Assembly (NCBI GenBank): GCA_965197925.1
Contig: CBDAOC010000017.1
Location: forward strand, 157,102 to 221,101
Source of the DNA: Nitrososphaerales archaeon
GTDB taxonomy: Archaea; Thermoproteota; Nitrososphaeria; Nitrososphaerales; UBA213
Direction of reading: 5' to 3'
Length of the DNA stretch: 64,000 nt
In this document: one piece after another, positions 22,539-32,796 of the stretch
How the letters are laid out: each line of letters starts with the position of its first letter
Numbering within the stretch: position 1 is the first letter of the stretch
The notes under the pieces: model-generated
What the model saw: the letters and a program-made list of their open reading frames with translations, nothing else
The model's database searches: none
What the model was told of the DNA's origin: nothing
Translations under genes and position numbers: made by a program

Positions 22539-23644
22539 GCTTTTGGTCCGTAACAGTTGCATGTTAGGGGCGTATAAGGTCGTCCAAGTTCCTTCCACAT
22601 ATCAACGGTTTCCTTGCACATAGAAACTTTTGTCAAATTATAGCCAAGCGAGTTTAATTTGTCATAGAAGAATTGATAGATTTCCTTGCGTTGATTAAAC
22701 GATAACTTCTTTCCCCAACCAGAATCTTCCTTGAAATATCTTGTCCATGACATGTCTATCCCTGCCTTATTCGCGTATTTTATCGTCTTCCACAATCCTC
22801 TTGGAGTTCCTAGTATGATTCTTTTTGGCTCGAATTCTGAGAGCAGTTTGTAGAGGAGTTCCTGATAATGCGATTGCCAGCTTTCTACGGGGAATATCGG
22901 ATCGACTCTGATCCTTGTATCGTAGCCTGCGTCACTTACCATCTTTGCTGTCATAATCCTTTCTGATAGTGGTGGTGCTGCCTTCTCCCACAGTCTTGCG
23001 ACTTCAGCATTTATGCTCCACGCACAAATGACTTGCTTTCTCGGTTTCTTGATAAGGAATTCCACATTACGTGGACCAAACTTGCTCAGAGTTGCAAGTT
23101 TGTGTTTTTTCTGAGTTTCAAATTTATCTGCTATCTTCTCCATCAACGATGGTAACATCAATGAATCGGAAAGCTCGCCGCTGTTGAAAATCGATGGTTC
23201 TTTGATATTCTCAAAGGCTTCATCCAATGCTGGCATGATATACTTCGGATCTATGGGACTAGGTTTCATTCTCCCTCTCATCGTACCACGTAGATAGCAG
23301 TAGTTGCAGTCAAGGGGACAGCCGAATGCCCATCTAAGCTCCCAGAATCTTCCACATGCTATGTCTTCTGGAGTCTTGTGGAACAAAGATACGATGTTTT
23401 TTCCAAAAGAAGTAACCTCTTCCATTTTCTTCGGTGAAATTATCTCTGGATGCTGTAACGATGTTACTGTTTCTGGTTTTACGAATTCTAGAATAGTTTT
23501 TGACCTTTTGCTTGCACTGAATCGCTTATTCTGCCTAATTGTCCTCCATGCCTTGTACGCTGCCTTGCGTTGGCGAGTGCTTGCACTGATTTTATTATTC
23601 TCTTGCTCTACTGAATCTACCAATATAGTAAAACAAACCAACAA
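22526..23644 (-). CDS. Spore-photoproduct-lyase-like radical SAM protein
   Basis: GCPLDCNYCYL (CxxxCxxC), FNSGELSDS, RIRVDPI, LGTPR, SMCKE and C-terminal CNC. Confidence 0.85.
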   Translation of the reverse strand: MLVCFTILVDSVEQENNKISASTRQRKAAYKAWRTIRQNKRFSASKRSKTILEFVKPETVTSLQHPEIISPKKMEEVTSFGKNIVSLFHKTPEDIACGRFWELRWAFGCPLDCNYCYLRGTMRGRMKPSPIDPKYIMPALDEAFENIKEPSIFNSGELSDSLMLPSLMEKIADKFETQKKHKLATLSKFGPRNVEFLIKKPRKQVICAWSINAEVARLWEKAAPPLSERIMTAKMVSDAGYDTRIRVDPIFPVESWQSHYQELLYKLLSEFEPKRIILGTPRGLWKTIKYANKAGIDMSWTRYFKEDSGWGKKLSFNQRKEIYQFFYDKLNSLGYNLTKVSMCKETVDMWKELGRPYTPLTCNCYGPKAYLA

Positions 23645-23662
23645 ACCTTAGTTTAAACTTGT

Positions 23663-23955
23663 TTAACTTTCCTGCAGTCGACAATTGCACAGAAATTTCC
23701 TTGCACCGCATTCTGTTACTAATCGTGCCCACGTTTCTCCCGATTCCTTACAGACACCCATCCGTTTGAATTTCAGGCTCTTGAAGGCAAACTTGTACAT
23801 TTCCCATCGTAGATTGCTTTCCAAGTGGTATCTCCTGTCACTTTCTCTACATGGAAGAAGATCTTTCAGATCCTTTGATAACATACCGCGCAGAGTAGGG
23901 AATGCGCGGTGTTCCAACAACACCATACAATTTCATTTTATTTAATTTCTTGAAC
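23663..23955 (-). pseudogene. 3' fragment of a second SPL-like radical SAM paralog, cut by an IS
   Basis: GTPR (shifted frame), RWEMY, GVCKE and CNC align with the C-terminus of 22526-23644. Confidence 0.75.
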
Positions 23956-24107
23956 AGGTACCCCTTTTCCTATTAGGTTTTGTCCGAGGAATCACGTCAA
24001 TCAAAAATAATATACGAAGAAGTATCGAGTCTGAGCTAAACATATTACCAATGAAAATTGAAACCTGATCTTATCGTTTCGACCGGCTTAATTATGCCCA
24101 AGCCTCA
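23956..24107 (-). mobile_element. Truncated left end plus first ~30 codons of the 9604-type IS
   Basis: Reverse complement matches 9604-9750. Confidence 0.85.
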
Positions 24108-24545
24108 TCTAGTTGGAAGGCTATAAGATTCGTTCCACTAACAATTGGGTTACTAATGTTATATACATTTTTTATACACGATTACCTCGATGCAATACCA
24201 ATTCTGAATTGGGGTTGGTTGGGTTATAACATAGCTCTGGGTCCATTAGGTGATCAGGGAATATATGGGATTTTGCCCTTTGTTCCAGTATTGATCTATA
24301 TGTTATCACTCCTTAATTATTATGAAGAGATGTACTTCAGGAAGAGCAAAAAACTTGTTGTGTTATGGTCCTTTTTGCACATAACAATGGGTGTACAACA
24401 CGTAATACTAGTACTATTACCCATAGGTTTCATCTATAAATATATCCATGATAAACATGGGTTAAAAAACTCCTATTCAGCTCATTTTTCCACAAATATA
24501 TTCTTAGTATTCTCCATGGTGATTTCGTATATTTTATCTATCTGA
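24108..24545 (+). pseudogene. Membrane protein (CPBP/Abi-like motifs), 5'-truncated by the IS
   Basis: Frame open from the IS end; EEMYFR, FLH and HFSTN motifs. Confidence 0.6.
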
Positions 24546-24805
24546 CTATTTTTTAGCTTTTGTATAAACCAATGAGAATGCGCATCCAAGTCCAAGATTA
24601 ATTACAGATAATAAGAGTATGATCAAATTACCTCCAAACATGTAGCTTATGCCTACACCCCATCCACCCACAACAAAGAACATTATCGCGATCCGTTTTG
24701 CCTTAGCTTTAGTTGTTTTCATTTAGGAACAATTGTTGTGATACTATAAAACCGTTTATACTTTCTAATAAAGATTCAAATTGGAACCAATGCCGCTACA
24801 GTCTA

Positions 24806-25102
24806 ATGCAAGTAGTAGCTATCGGAAGCAGAGTTTTTATCACAAGCTTTCAATTAGCAGGTGTATTTGGTATAATGGTGGATTCTTCATCAGTTGCACT
24901 TGCGGAGTTAAAAAAACTTTGTAAAAATCATTCAGTAGGTTTGATTTTGTTAAGTGATGATATTGGAAAAGATATTCGTAAGGAACTAACCGACATTAGA
25001 GCAAAGACTCCTGTGCCTTTAATCTTCGAAGTACCTGCTCCCGGTAGCAAGAAAGAGAAGCTTGACTACAGGGCTTTACTAAAGCAGATCCTTGGTGTCT
25101 GA
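24806..25102 (+). CDS. atpF: A/V-type ATP synthase subunit F
   Basis: VAIGSRVFITSFQLAGV...GLILL...PLIFEVP...ILGV; start moved to ATG 24806. Confidence 0.88.
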   Translation: MQVVAIGSRVFITSFQLAGVFGIMVDSSSVALAELKKLCKNHSVGLILLSDDIGKDIRKELTDIRAKTPVPLIFEVPAPGSKKEKLDYRALLKQILGV

Positions 25103-25182
25103 TTAAGAGTTTAAAAATTTTTCATAGTATTGTTAAACTGCAATTGAACCCATTTGAGAATATAATGTTTCTATGAGAATCC

Positions 25183-25330
25183 GCTATGTCGAATAATTAC
25201 TCATCATATTCTTCCATTTGACTGCCTTCACATGTTCTCCAAAGATAGGCATATATCTCAATGATAATAACTGATCAAAATCACATTCTATCTAATATTC
25301 ACAAACTTCTGGTTAATTATTCGACCCAGT
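25183..25330 (-). mobile_element. MITE-like internally deleted IS5 derivative, copy 1
   Basis: TIR gtcgaataatta/taattattcgac; ~120 bp shared with 32899-33020. Confidence 0.75.
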
Positions 25331-25508
25331 ATGAAAATCAAAATACATCAACCATCGATTCGTGAAATTAATCAAACATTAGTAGCCTTGATAAAAGTAA
25401 TTAAGGGCAGTTCACTCGATTTGCGGTCTTATATTGGACAAATTCGTAAATAGAAATAATCGTATAATTGTTGAAATATATTCATACAAAATTTGTTTTC
25501 ATATATTA

Positions 25509-25516
25509 TTTATAAC
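25509..25516 (+). promoter_or_regulatory. TATA box of the adh-lsrF operon (probably leaderless)
   Basis: TTTATAAC starting 28 nt before ATG 25537. Confidence 0.5.
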
Positions 25517-25536
25517 GGAAGGAAAAAAGTTCTACG

Positions 25537-26562
25537 ATGAAGGTCGTAATTGTAAAAGAGGAGAACAAAGTTGCGGTTAATGATATTCCTATACCGAGTA
25601 TCTCTGAAGGGGATGTCCTAGTCAAGATGAAGGCTTGCGGTTTGTGTGGGTCTGATCTCGAAAAGGTATATGGACATTATGGAATGGTGTCAAAAAGACT
25701 CGGACATGAACCTGCTGGAGAGATAGAAAGTGTTGGTAAAAACGTAAAAAATTTCAAAGTTGGAGATAGAGTTTTCGTACATCATCACGTTCCATGTTAT
25801 TCCTGTCACTATTGCATGCATGGAGATCATACATTATGTCCATACTACCAAAAAAGCAACATTGATCCTTGTGGGCTAGCCGAGTCCTTTCTTGTTCCAG
25901 AGTGGAATGTTAAAAGGGGAGGAATAATAAAACTGCCGAGCAAGGTTTCGTTTGAAGAAGCTGCAATGATTGAACCATTGGCAAGCTGTATCCGTGCAAT
26001 TAACAAAGCCAATGTTGCTGCTAATGATGATGTGGTTATAATTGGTGTGGGGCCAGTAGGGATAATGCATATTATGCTCGCGAAATTGTTTGGAGCTAAT
26101 AGAGTTTTTGCTTTGGATATTAACGACTTTAGATTAGACTTTGCTAGAAAGATAGGTATTGGGTTGACCTTTAACATGAATGAAAAGTATTACTCTAGAA
26201 TACGAGATGTGACGAACGGAAGAGGTGCGGACTTGGTTATTGTTGCCACTGGAAACAAAGAAGCATTCCTAAACTCATTGGAACTTACCAGAAGTGGAGG
26301 TAAAATTATCCTGTTTGGAGTACCTCCTAAGGGCTCAAATGTGGAGTTAGACATCAATCGTATATTTTCGAAAGAGATAAAAATTATACCAAGTTATGCA
26401 GCCACCGAAAAGGAAACCAGATATGCATTACGGTTGATAAAAAATGGGAGTGTTGACATCAAATCTATAATAACACATCGATTTAGTTTAGATAGAGCGA
26501 GCGAAGCGTTCAGATGTGCGTTTGAGGGCAAAAATACAATGAAGGTAGTTGTAACTGCGTAG
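25537..26562 (+). CDS. Zn-dependent alcohol/sugar-alcohol dehydrogenase (MDR family)
   Basis: CGSD, GHE, CYSCHYC...C structural zinc site, GVGPVG. Confidence 0.9.
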   Translation: MKVVIVKEENKVAVNDIPIPSISEGDVLVKMKACGLCGSDLEKVYGHYGMVSKRLGHEPAGEIESVGKNVKNFKVGDRVFVHHHVPCYSCHYCMHGDHTLCPYYQKSNIDPCGLAESFLVPEWNVKRGGIIKLPSKVSFEEAAMIEPLASCIRAINKANVAANDDVVIIGVGPVGIMHIMLAKLFGANRVFALDINDFRLDFARKIGIGLTFNMNEKYYSRIRDVTNGRGADLVIVATGNKEAFLNSLELTRSGGKIILFGVPPKGSNVELDINRIFSKEIKIIPSYAATEKETRYALRLIKNGSVDIKSIITHRFSLDRASEAFRCAFEGKNTMKVVVTA

Positions 26563-26609
26563 AAAAATTTAACTATATCATTTCTCTCCTAAAAGTTAAA
26601 GTAATCAAT

Positions 26610-27410
26610 ATGAGCTGGGGAATGAAAAATCGAATGTCAAGAATATTCAAACCAATTGATGGTCGAACGGTAATGCTGGCAGTAGATCATGGTTATTTTT
26701 TAGGACCAACAGAAAAGCTAGAAGTACCTAGAAAAACCATTGAACCTCTTGTTCATTATGCTGATTCGCTTATGCTTACTAGAGGTGTATTGCGTACCTC
26801 CGTTAGTACCAGTCATGATGTACCTATAGTTTTAAGAGTATCTGGTGGTGCGAGTATTATTAGCCAAGATTTGTCGAATGAAATGATCACAACATCAATA
26901 GAAGATGCTCTTAGACTCAATGCTTCGGCTGTAACATTATCGATATTCGTTGGTGCGGCACATGAACATCAAACACTTGTAAACCTTGCTAAACTTGTTG
27001 ACGAAGGTGAAAGATACGGCATCCCAGTTTTAGCTGTTACAGCGGTAGGTAAAGAGATGGTTAGAGATGCAAGATACTTGGGTTTAGCTAGCAGAATTGC
27101 TGCAGAGCTAGGTGCACAGATGATAAAGACTTACTATTGTGAAAACTTTGAAAAGGTGGTAGAATCTTGTCCAGTTCCGGTAATCATTGCTGGTGGAAAG
27201 AAAACTAGTGAACTCGAAGCGTTGCAATTAACATATAATGCGATACAACATGGTGCTTCTGGTGTTGACATGGGAAGAAATATTTGGCAGTCGAATCATC
27301 CAGTTGCGATGATAAAGGCGGTTCGTTCTATTGTACATGAAAATGCTAGTGTAAAGGAAGCATCTGATCTTCTTAACAAAGAATCAAAAATAATAGATAA
27401 GGAGAGATGA
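26610..27410 (+). CDS. lsrF: LsrF-like class I aldolase/thiolase
   Basis: WGMKNR, MLAVDHG, AAELGA..IKTYY, GVDMGRNIWQ. Confidence 0.85.
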   Translation: MSWGMKNRMSRIFKPIDGRTVMLAVDHGYFLGPTEKLEVPRKTIEPLVHYADSLMLTRGVLRTSVSTSHDVPIVLRVSGGASIISQDLSNEMITTSIEDALRLNASAVTLSIFVGAAHEHQTLVNLAKLVDEGERYGIPVLAVTAVGKEMVRDARYLGLASRIAAELGAQMIKTYYCENFEKVVESCPVPVIIAGGKKTSELEALQLTYNAIQHGASGVDMGRNIWQSNHPVAMIKAVRSIVHENASVKEASDLLNKESKIIDKER

Positions 27411-27836
27411 TTATCCCGTAGATTTGGATGGAACCGATGAAAAATGTTCATGAATTATTAACCAGGAGAAGTCCTTTTTAAGAAAGACCATGGTTCCCCT
27501 TGATTTGATATTCATAGTTGTACCAGTAAAACTGTAGTTGTCGACAAGCATACCTTTTTGCTCTACATCAAAAGTTGCTATTGCTACATTATCAAAAAAA
27601 TCAATCTCCAGATCAGTAATGTTGAAATCATAATCCGATACGCTTGCAAAGTATAATTCCTTAAACATACAGGCTTCATCATAGTCTAATCTTTTGTACG
27701 GAGGTACATCACCAAATCTTGAAAATCTTTTATCTTTAGAATACTGCTCCCGCACTGCCATTATATCCTTACTTTTACCAATCTCAAATGACTTGTAAAC
27801 GGCTCGCTTAATAACCTCTCCCTCGCTTGTGACCAA
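27411..27836 (-). CDS. NTF2/SnoaL-like protein
   Basis: RGTMVF...WLIIHEHFS. Confidence 0.75.
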   Translation of the reverse strand: MVTSEGEVIKRAVYKSFEIGKSKDIMAVREQYSKDKRFSRFGDVPPYKRLDYDEACMFKELYFASVSDYDFNITDLEIDFFDNVAIATFDVEQKGMLVDNYSFTGTTMNIKSRGTMVFLKKDFSWLIIHEHFSSVPSKSTG

Positions 27837-28007
27837 ATTAATTTTCTAAATGGGGTAAAATATTTATAATTATTGGAGATTAACATAGTATAATATGGTA
27901 AATACTTATAGTAAAATGATTGGCGTGTCAGTAGATTTGCCTTTGCTAGTTTTCTTTTTAGGTTAACATTTGTGACTTTATTTGCAGAGGTTTTGGGGTA
28001 ATCTATA

Positions 28008-29696
28008 GTGGTCGAGTTATCTGGTTCTAAGGCTCTAATGCGTGCTCTAGAGAAAGAAGGGGTAGATATTATATTTGGCATGCCTGGTGGCGCAAACCTT
28101 CCGATGTATGATGAATTAGAACGTAGTGACATTAGACACGTACTTGTGAGACATGAACAATCAGCCGCACATATGGCTGATGGCTATGGAAGAATAAAAA
28201 GGAAACCTGGTGTATGCTTTGCAACATCTGGACCAGGTGCAACCAACCTCGTAACAGGTATAAGCACTGCTTACATGGATTCTGCTCCTATGGTAGCAAT
28301 AACTGGCCAGGTTCCGAGAGCAATGATTGGTAAGGATGCATTTCAGGAATGCGATATAATGGGGATTTGCACTTCGATAACTAAATACTGTTTTCAACCA
28401 ACATCCGCTACGGAGATTCCAGAGATGGTTAAGAAAGGCTTCCACATTGCAGAGAGTGGCAGGCCAGGTCCTGTTCTAATTGATATCCCTAAAGATGTGC
28501 AGCAAGAAGTATCAGAGATTACATTCCCCGAATTAATCAAAATAAGAGGATACACACCTCATGTTGATCCAAACATGGAACAGATTGGAAAAGCTGTAGA
28601 ATTACTAATGAATGCAGAGCGACCAATGATCATGGCCGGTGGCGGAGTACATATATCTGGAGCTTTTCATGAACTGCAGACATTAGCAGAACTTCTAATG
28701 ATACCTGTTGTCACTACATTTAAGGGCAAGGGTGGATTCCCAGAGACCCATCCTCTAGCACTTGGACCCATTGGAATGCATGGCCATGCAGAGGCTAACA
28801 AGCTGATACTAGAAGCTGATGTTTTACTTGCAATAGGAGCAAGATTCTCAGATAGGTCTGTTGGAAGATTTGATGAGTTTGGACAGAAAATGAAGATAGT
28901 GCACATCGACATAGACCCATCGGAAATTGGAAAAAACAAATCTGTAACAATACCTGTTGTTGGTGATGTGAGGGCTTCACTTCGCGCCCTTGTGAAGATG
29001 CTTGGAACACGTATGTCCAAAAGAGAAGGTGAAAATATGTGGGTAAGACATATCAAGGAAGTGAGAGAAGAGGTGCAAAGCAATTTCAAAGATCATCCAG
29101 GCGATATAACTGCTAAAAAATCACTTAAGAAGTTAAGGGAACTATTACCAGCAGATGCAATAGTTACCACCGAAGTTGGTCAATGCCAAATGTGGACCTC
29201 ACTATTCTTTGACATTATACAGCCCGGTACATTCTTCAGCTCTACCGGTTTAGGAACTATGGGTTTTGGATTCCCGGCTTCAATAGGGGCTAAAGCTGCA
29301 AGACCATCTGCTCATGTTGTGGATATAGCTGGGGATGGTAGCTTCAACATGACTGAAAATTCACTTGCAGTCTCTGTTCTTGATAACCTCCCTGTGATAG
29401 TATTCTTGATGAATAACAAATCACTAGGCATGGTGGCACAGTGGCAGAGACTCTTTTACGGAAGACGCTATATTGGAATCGATTTGAAAGGAGGGCCAGA
29501 TTTTGTTAAGCTGGCTGAAGCATATGGTGCACAGGGAATAAGAGCCCAATCTATGGACGAACTTGATATGGCCATAAGGGAAGCATTGAAGAGTGATGTA
29601 GTGACAGTAATTGACATTCTCATAGACCCAGAAGAGGATGTGTTTCCATTTGTAGCTCCAGGAACAGGACTTAAGGATATGATCACTGCAGCTTAG
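28008..29696 (+). CDS. ilvB: Acetolactate synthase large subunit
   Basis: RHEQ, TSGPGATN, GRPGPV, GDGS...NN. Confidence 0.95.
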   Translation: MVELSGSKALMRALEKEGVDIIFGMPGGANLPMYDELERSDIRHVLVRHEQSAAHMADGYGRIKRKPGVCFATSGPGATNLVTGISTAYMDSAPMVAITGQVPRAMIGKDAFQECDIMGICTSITKYCFQPTSATEIPEMVKKGFHIAESGRPGPVLIDIPKDVQQEVSEITFPELIKIRGYTPHVDPNMEQIGKAVELLMNAERPMIMAGGGVHISGAFHELQTLAELLMIPVVTTFKGKGGFPETHPLALGPIGMHGHAEANKLILEADVLLAIGARFSDRSVGRFDEFGQKMKIVHIDIDPSEIGKNKSVTIPVVGDVRASLRALVKMLGTRMSKREGENMWVRHIKEVREEVQSNFKDHPGDITAKKSLKKLRELLPADAIVTTEVGQCQMWTSLFFDIIQPGTFFSSTGLGTMGFGFPASIGAKAARPSAHVVDIAGDGSFNMTENSLAVSVLDNLPVIVFLMNNKSLGMVAQWQRLFYGRRYIGIDLKGGPDFVKLAEAYGAQGIRAQSMDELDMAIREALKSDVVTVIDILIDPEEDVFPFVAPGTGLKDMITAA

Positions 29697-29704
29697 GTGA
29701 AAAA

Positions 29705-30196
29705 ATGGGGTGGCATATAATTTCTGCCTTGGTTGAGAATAAGCCAGGTGTTCTTTTCAAGGTCTCCAATATGTTTAGAGCTAGAAATTTTAACATTGAA
29801 AGTCTTTCAGTGGGACCAACTGAGCAAACAGATTTGTCAAGAATAACGGTGACGATAAACAGTGATGAGAGTGTAACGGAACAGATGGTAAAACAGTTGC
29901 AAAAATTAATAGACGTGGTTGAAGTGACAAGGTTAGCCGTAGAAAATACAGTGTATAGGGAACTTGCATTGTTGAAATTGAAAGTAGTTGATCCAAATTC
30001 AAGAATGGAGATAATTAATCTCGCGAATGTTTTTAGGGCAAAGATCGTTGATGTCGGTGAAAGCTCTATAATGGTAGAAATAACTGGCACTCCAGATAAG
30101 ATAGAGGCGTTTAGAAGTATGGTACAACATTTCGGTATAATACAGCTTGCAAGAACAGGGGTTTCAGCTCTTCCTAGAGGTGTTATATATGAGTGA
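29705..30196 (+). CDS. ilvN: Acetolactate synthase small subunit
   Basis: ENKPGVL ACT domain; KQLQKLIDV; ARTG. Confidence 0.93.
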   Translation: MGWHIISALVENKPGVLFKVSNMFRARNFNIESLSVGPTEQTDLSRITVTINSDESVTEQMVKQLQKLIDVVEVTRLAVENTVYRELALLKLKVVDPNSRMEIINLANVFRAKIVDVGESSIMVEITGTPDKIEAFRSMVQHFGIIQLARTGVSALPRGVIYE

Positions 30197-31703
30197 AAGA
30201 TTCGTTCGAATCTACGATACTACTCTCAGGGATGGTGAACAAACGCCGGGGGTTACCCTTACTCCGGAGAACAAAGTGAAGATCGCCATTCAGCTTGACA
30301 AATTGGGCGTTGACGTTGTTGAAGCGGGATTTCCTATTATATCTCAAGGTGAGATGGATGTTATCAGGGAAATTGCAAAACAGAATCTAGATTGTGAGAT
30401 CTCTGGTCTTGCTCGGGTCGAAAAGAAGGATATAGACGCAGTAATGAAATGTGATCTCAATTATGTACATACTTTCATTGCCACATCTGACATACATCTC
30501 AAATACAAGTTAAAGATGACAAGAGAGGAAGCGCTTCATAAGGCTATAGAGGCCGTAGAATATGCAAAATCGCATGGACTTCTTTGCGAATTTTCAGCTG
30601 AAGATGCCACAAGAACCGATAGAGAATTTCTAAAAAAGGTGTACAAGGCAGTAGTAGATGCCGGTGCAGATAGAATAGACGTTCCAGATACCGTTGGATA
30701 TTCTAATCCAAAGTATATTGATACCTTAATAAGGGATTTGAAGGCAATGGTTAATGTCCCAATAAGCATTCATTGTCATGATGACTTTGGTCTTGCAGTT
30801 GCCAATTCTATAGCTGCAATTGAAGCTGATGCTTCATGTGCACATGTTACGGTAAACGGTCTAGGTGAAAGAGCTGGCAACACTCCCCTTGAAGAGTTCG
30901 TCATGGCATTACACTGTTTGTATGACAAGAAGACGCATATAAGGACTGAATTGCTTTATGAGACCTCCAGAACAGTAGCAAGTCTAACTGGTATAGTTGT
31001 GCAACCCAATAAAGCAATTATTGGAGAAAATGCGTTCGGTCATGAATCTGGGATCCATACCCATGGCGTACTTTCAAATCCATTAACATATGAACCAATT
31101 GCACCCGAGATGGTGGGGAGGAAAAGATGGCTAGAGGCTGGTAAACATGCCGGAATGCATGGGATCTCTGCAATGTTGGAAGAATATGGTCTAATCCCTT
31201 CAGAAGGACAATTGAAAGAAATACTCGCAAAAGTAAAGGATTTGGGAGACAAGGGTAAGAATATTACAGATGCAGATCTTCTTGCCATTTCTTCTCAGGT
31301 GATGCGACAACAAGGGCTAGAACGCAGAATAAAATTGAATGACTTTGTTGTAACAACTGGTATGAACATCATTCCAACAGCATCTGTACGGTTGATAATA
31401 GAAGGAAAAGAATTCGTTGCTGCAGATACAGGTTTAGGTCCTGTTGATGCCGCCCTAAAAGCGATACAGAAAATCACTGATGAACTTGCTAACATAAGGC
31501 TAAGAGAGTTTAGGTTAGAATCAATAACAGGTGGCTCTGATGCACTTGCAGAGGTTAGCATAAAGGTCGAAGATAAAGATGGTCATGTAGCGTCCGCAAG
31601 AGCTGCAGGAGAAGACATCGTAATTGCAAGTGTAGAAGCAATGATCAATGGACTTAACAGAATAATGCTAAAACGAACTATGGATAAAGATAAAAAGAGT
31701 TGA
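30189..31703 (+). CDS. leuA: 2-isopropylmalate synthase (citramalate synthase not excluded)
   Basis: DTTLRDGEQ, HCHDD, GERAGN, HESGIH and C-terminal regulatory domain (GPVDA). Confidence 0.8.
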   Translation: MSERFVRIYDTTLRDGEQTPGVTLTPENKVKIAIQLDKLGVDVVEAGFPIISQGEMDVIREIAKQNLDCEISGLARVEKKDIDAVMKCDLNYVHTFIATSDIHLKYKLKMTREEALHKAIEAVEYAKSHGLLCEFSAEDATRTDREFLKKVYKAVVDAGADRIDVPDTVGYSNPKYIDTLIRDLKAMVNVPISIHCHDDFGLAVANSIAAIEADASCAHVTVNGLGERAGNTPLEEFVMALHCLYDKKTHIRTELLYETSRTVASLTGIVVQPNKAIIGENAFGHESGIHTHGVLSNPLTYEPIAPEMVGRKRWLEAGKHAGMHGISAMLEEYGLIPSEGQLKEILAKVKDLGDKGKNITDADLLAISSQVMRQQGLERRIKLNDFVVTTGMNIIPTASVRLIIEGKEFVAADTGLGPVDAALKAIQKITDELANIRLREFRLESITGGSDALAEVSIKVEDKDGHVASARAAGEDIVIASVEAMINGLNRIMLKRTMDKDKKS

Positions 31704-31725
31704 GGAAGTATTCTGTTTAGCTAGC

Positions 31726-32748
31726 ATGTATAGATTAGCAATTATTTCAGGAGATGGTATTGGGCCAGAAATATCAAAAGCAGCAAGATCTGTTTTACAA
31801 CTTATTCATGACAAGTATGATGTGAAGTTTGAAATAACGGATGTTGAGGCAGGTGACTCTGTTGTAAAGAAAGATGGGATGGCTTTGCCTGATCATAGTT
31901 TTCAAGCAATAAGGAACTCTGATGTATGCATGAAAGCACCTATTGGGGAGAGTGCTGCCGACGTTGTAGTTTATCTTAGAAGAACTTTTGATCTTTATGC
32001 TAATATTAGACCCGTAAAGAGCTATCCAAACATACAATCCTTGAAAGACAATATTGATATGGTCATAGTTAGAGAGAATACAGAAGATGTTTATGCTGGA
32101 TTAGAATATGAATTTCAGAATGCTTGCATCGCTATACGATTAACAACTAAGAAAGCATCGATTAGAATTGCAGAATATGCATTCAATCTAGCAAAGTTTA
32201 GAAATAAAATGAAATGCGTTACATCAGTTCATAAAGCCAATCTACTGAGGAAGACAGATGGTCTATTTTCAAGTTCTTGTAGAGAAGTATCTGAAAAATA
32301 TACTGATATAAAATTTAACGAAATGTATGTAGATGCCTGTGCTATGAATCTCATTAGAAATCCTGAAAGTTTTGATGTAATAGTTACAACCAATTTGTTT
32401 GGAGATATTTTATCTGATGAAGCTGCACAGGTAGTTGGGAGCTTAGGCATTGCACCAGCGGCAAATATCGGCGATAGCTTTGCCATGTTCGAACCAGTCC
32501 ATGGGTCAGCTCCAGACATAGCAGGCAAAGGGATAGCAAATCCGTTTTCTATGATATTGTCGGCAAGGATGATGCTTGATTGGTTGGCGCTAAACAATAA
32601 TGACAGCAAATGTATTTTTGCAGCTCAAAAAATAGAAACTGCTGTTATTAAGGTATTAGTGAAAGGTATAAAGACACAAGATATTGGAGGAAACTATAGA
32701 ACTGATGACGTGACAAATGCAATATTAGACGAGCTAATATCTACTTAG
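31726..32748 (+). CDS. leuB: 3-isopropylmalate/(homo)isocitrate dehydrogenase family
   Basis: GDGIGPE, RENTE, NLFGDILSD, EPVHGSAPDIAGKG; follows leuA. Confidence 0.8.
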   Translation: MYRLAIISGDGIGPEISKAARSVLQLIHDKYDVKFEITDVEAGDSVVKKDGMALPDHSFQAIRNSDVCMKAPIGESAADVVVYLRRTFDLYANIRPVKSYPNIQSLKDNIDMVIVRENTEDVYAGLEYEFQNACIAIRLTTKKASIRIAEYAFNLAKFRNKMKCVTSVHKANLLRKTDGLFSSSCREVSEKYTDIKFNEMYVDACAMNLIRNPESFDVIVTTNLFGDILSDEAAQVVGSLGIAPAANIGDSFAMFEPVHGSAPDIAGKGIANPFSMILSARMMLDWLALNNNDSKCIFAAQKIETAVIKVLVKGIKTQDIGGNYRTDDVTNAILDELIST

Positions 32749-32796
32749 ATTGGCGTTTCTGCCATATTTTTAGTATAATTATCTAAAGTTATCATT

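Noticed and set aside
22526..23644. Bona fide spore photoproduct lyase (splB)
   Set aside because: Lacks the xCTSD cysteine, host is a non-sporulating archaeon, and the context is defence-like
1..24107. attL/attR of an integrative element
   Set aside because: The 60-bp direct repeat is an IS left end (matches 9604-9660), and there is no integrase in the window
24713..24805. N-terminal extension of AtpF (similarly LeuA, ArgG, IlvA)
   Set aside because: ORF caller chose upstream alternative starts; conserved sequence begins at downstream ATGs
26610..27410. AI-2 quorum-sensing catabolism
   Set aside because: No lsrABCDKG nearby; the adh-lsrF pair is ordinary in this archaeal group
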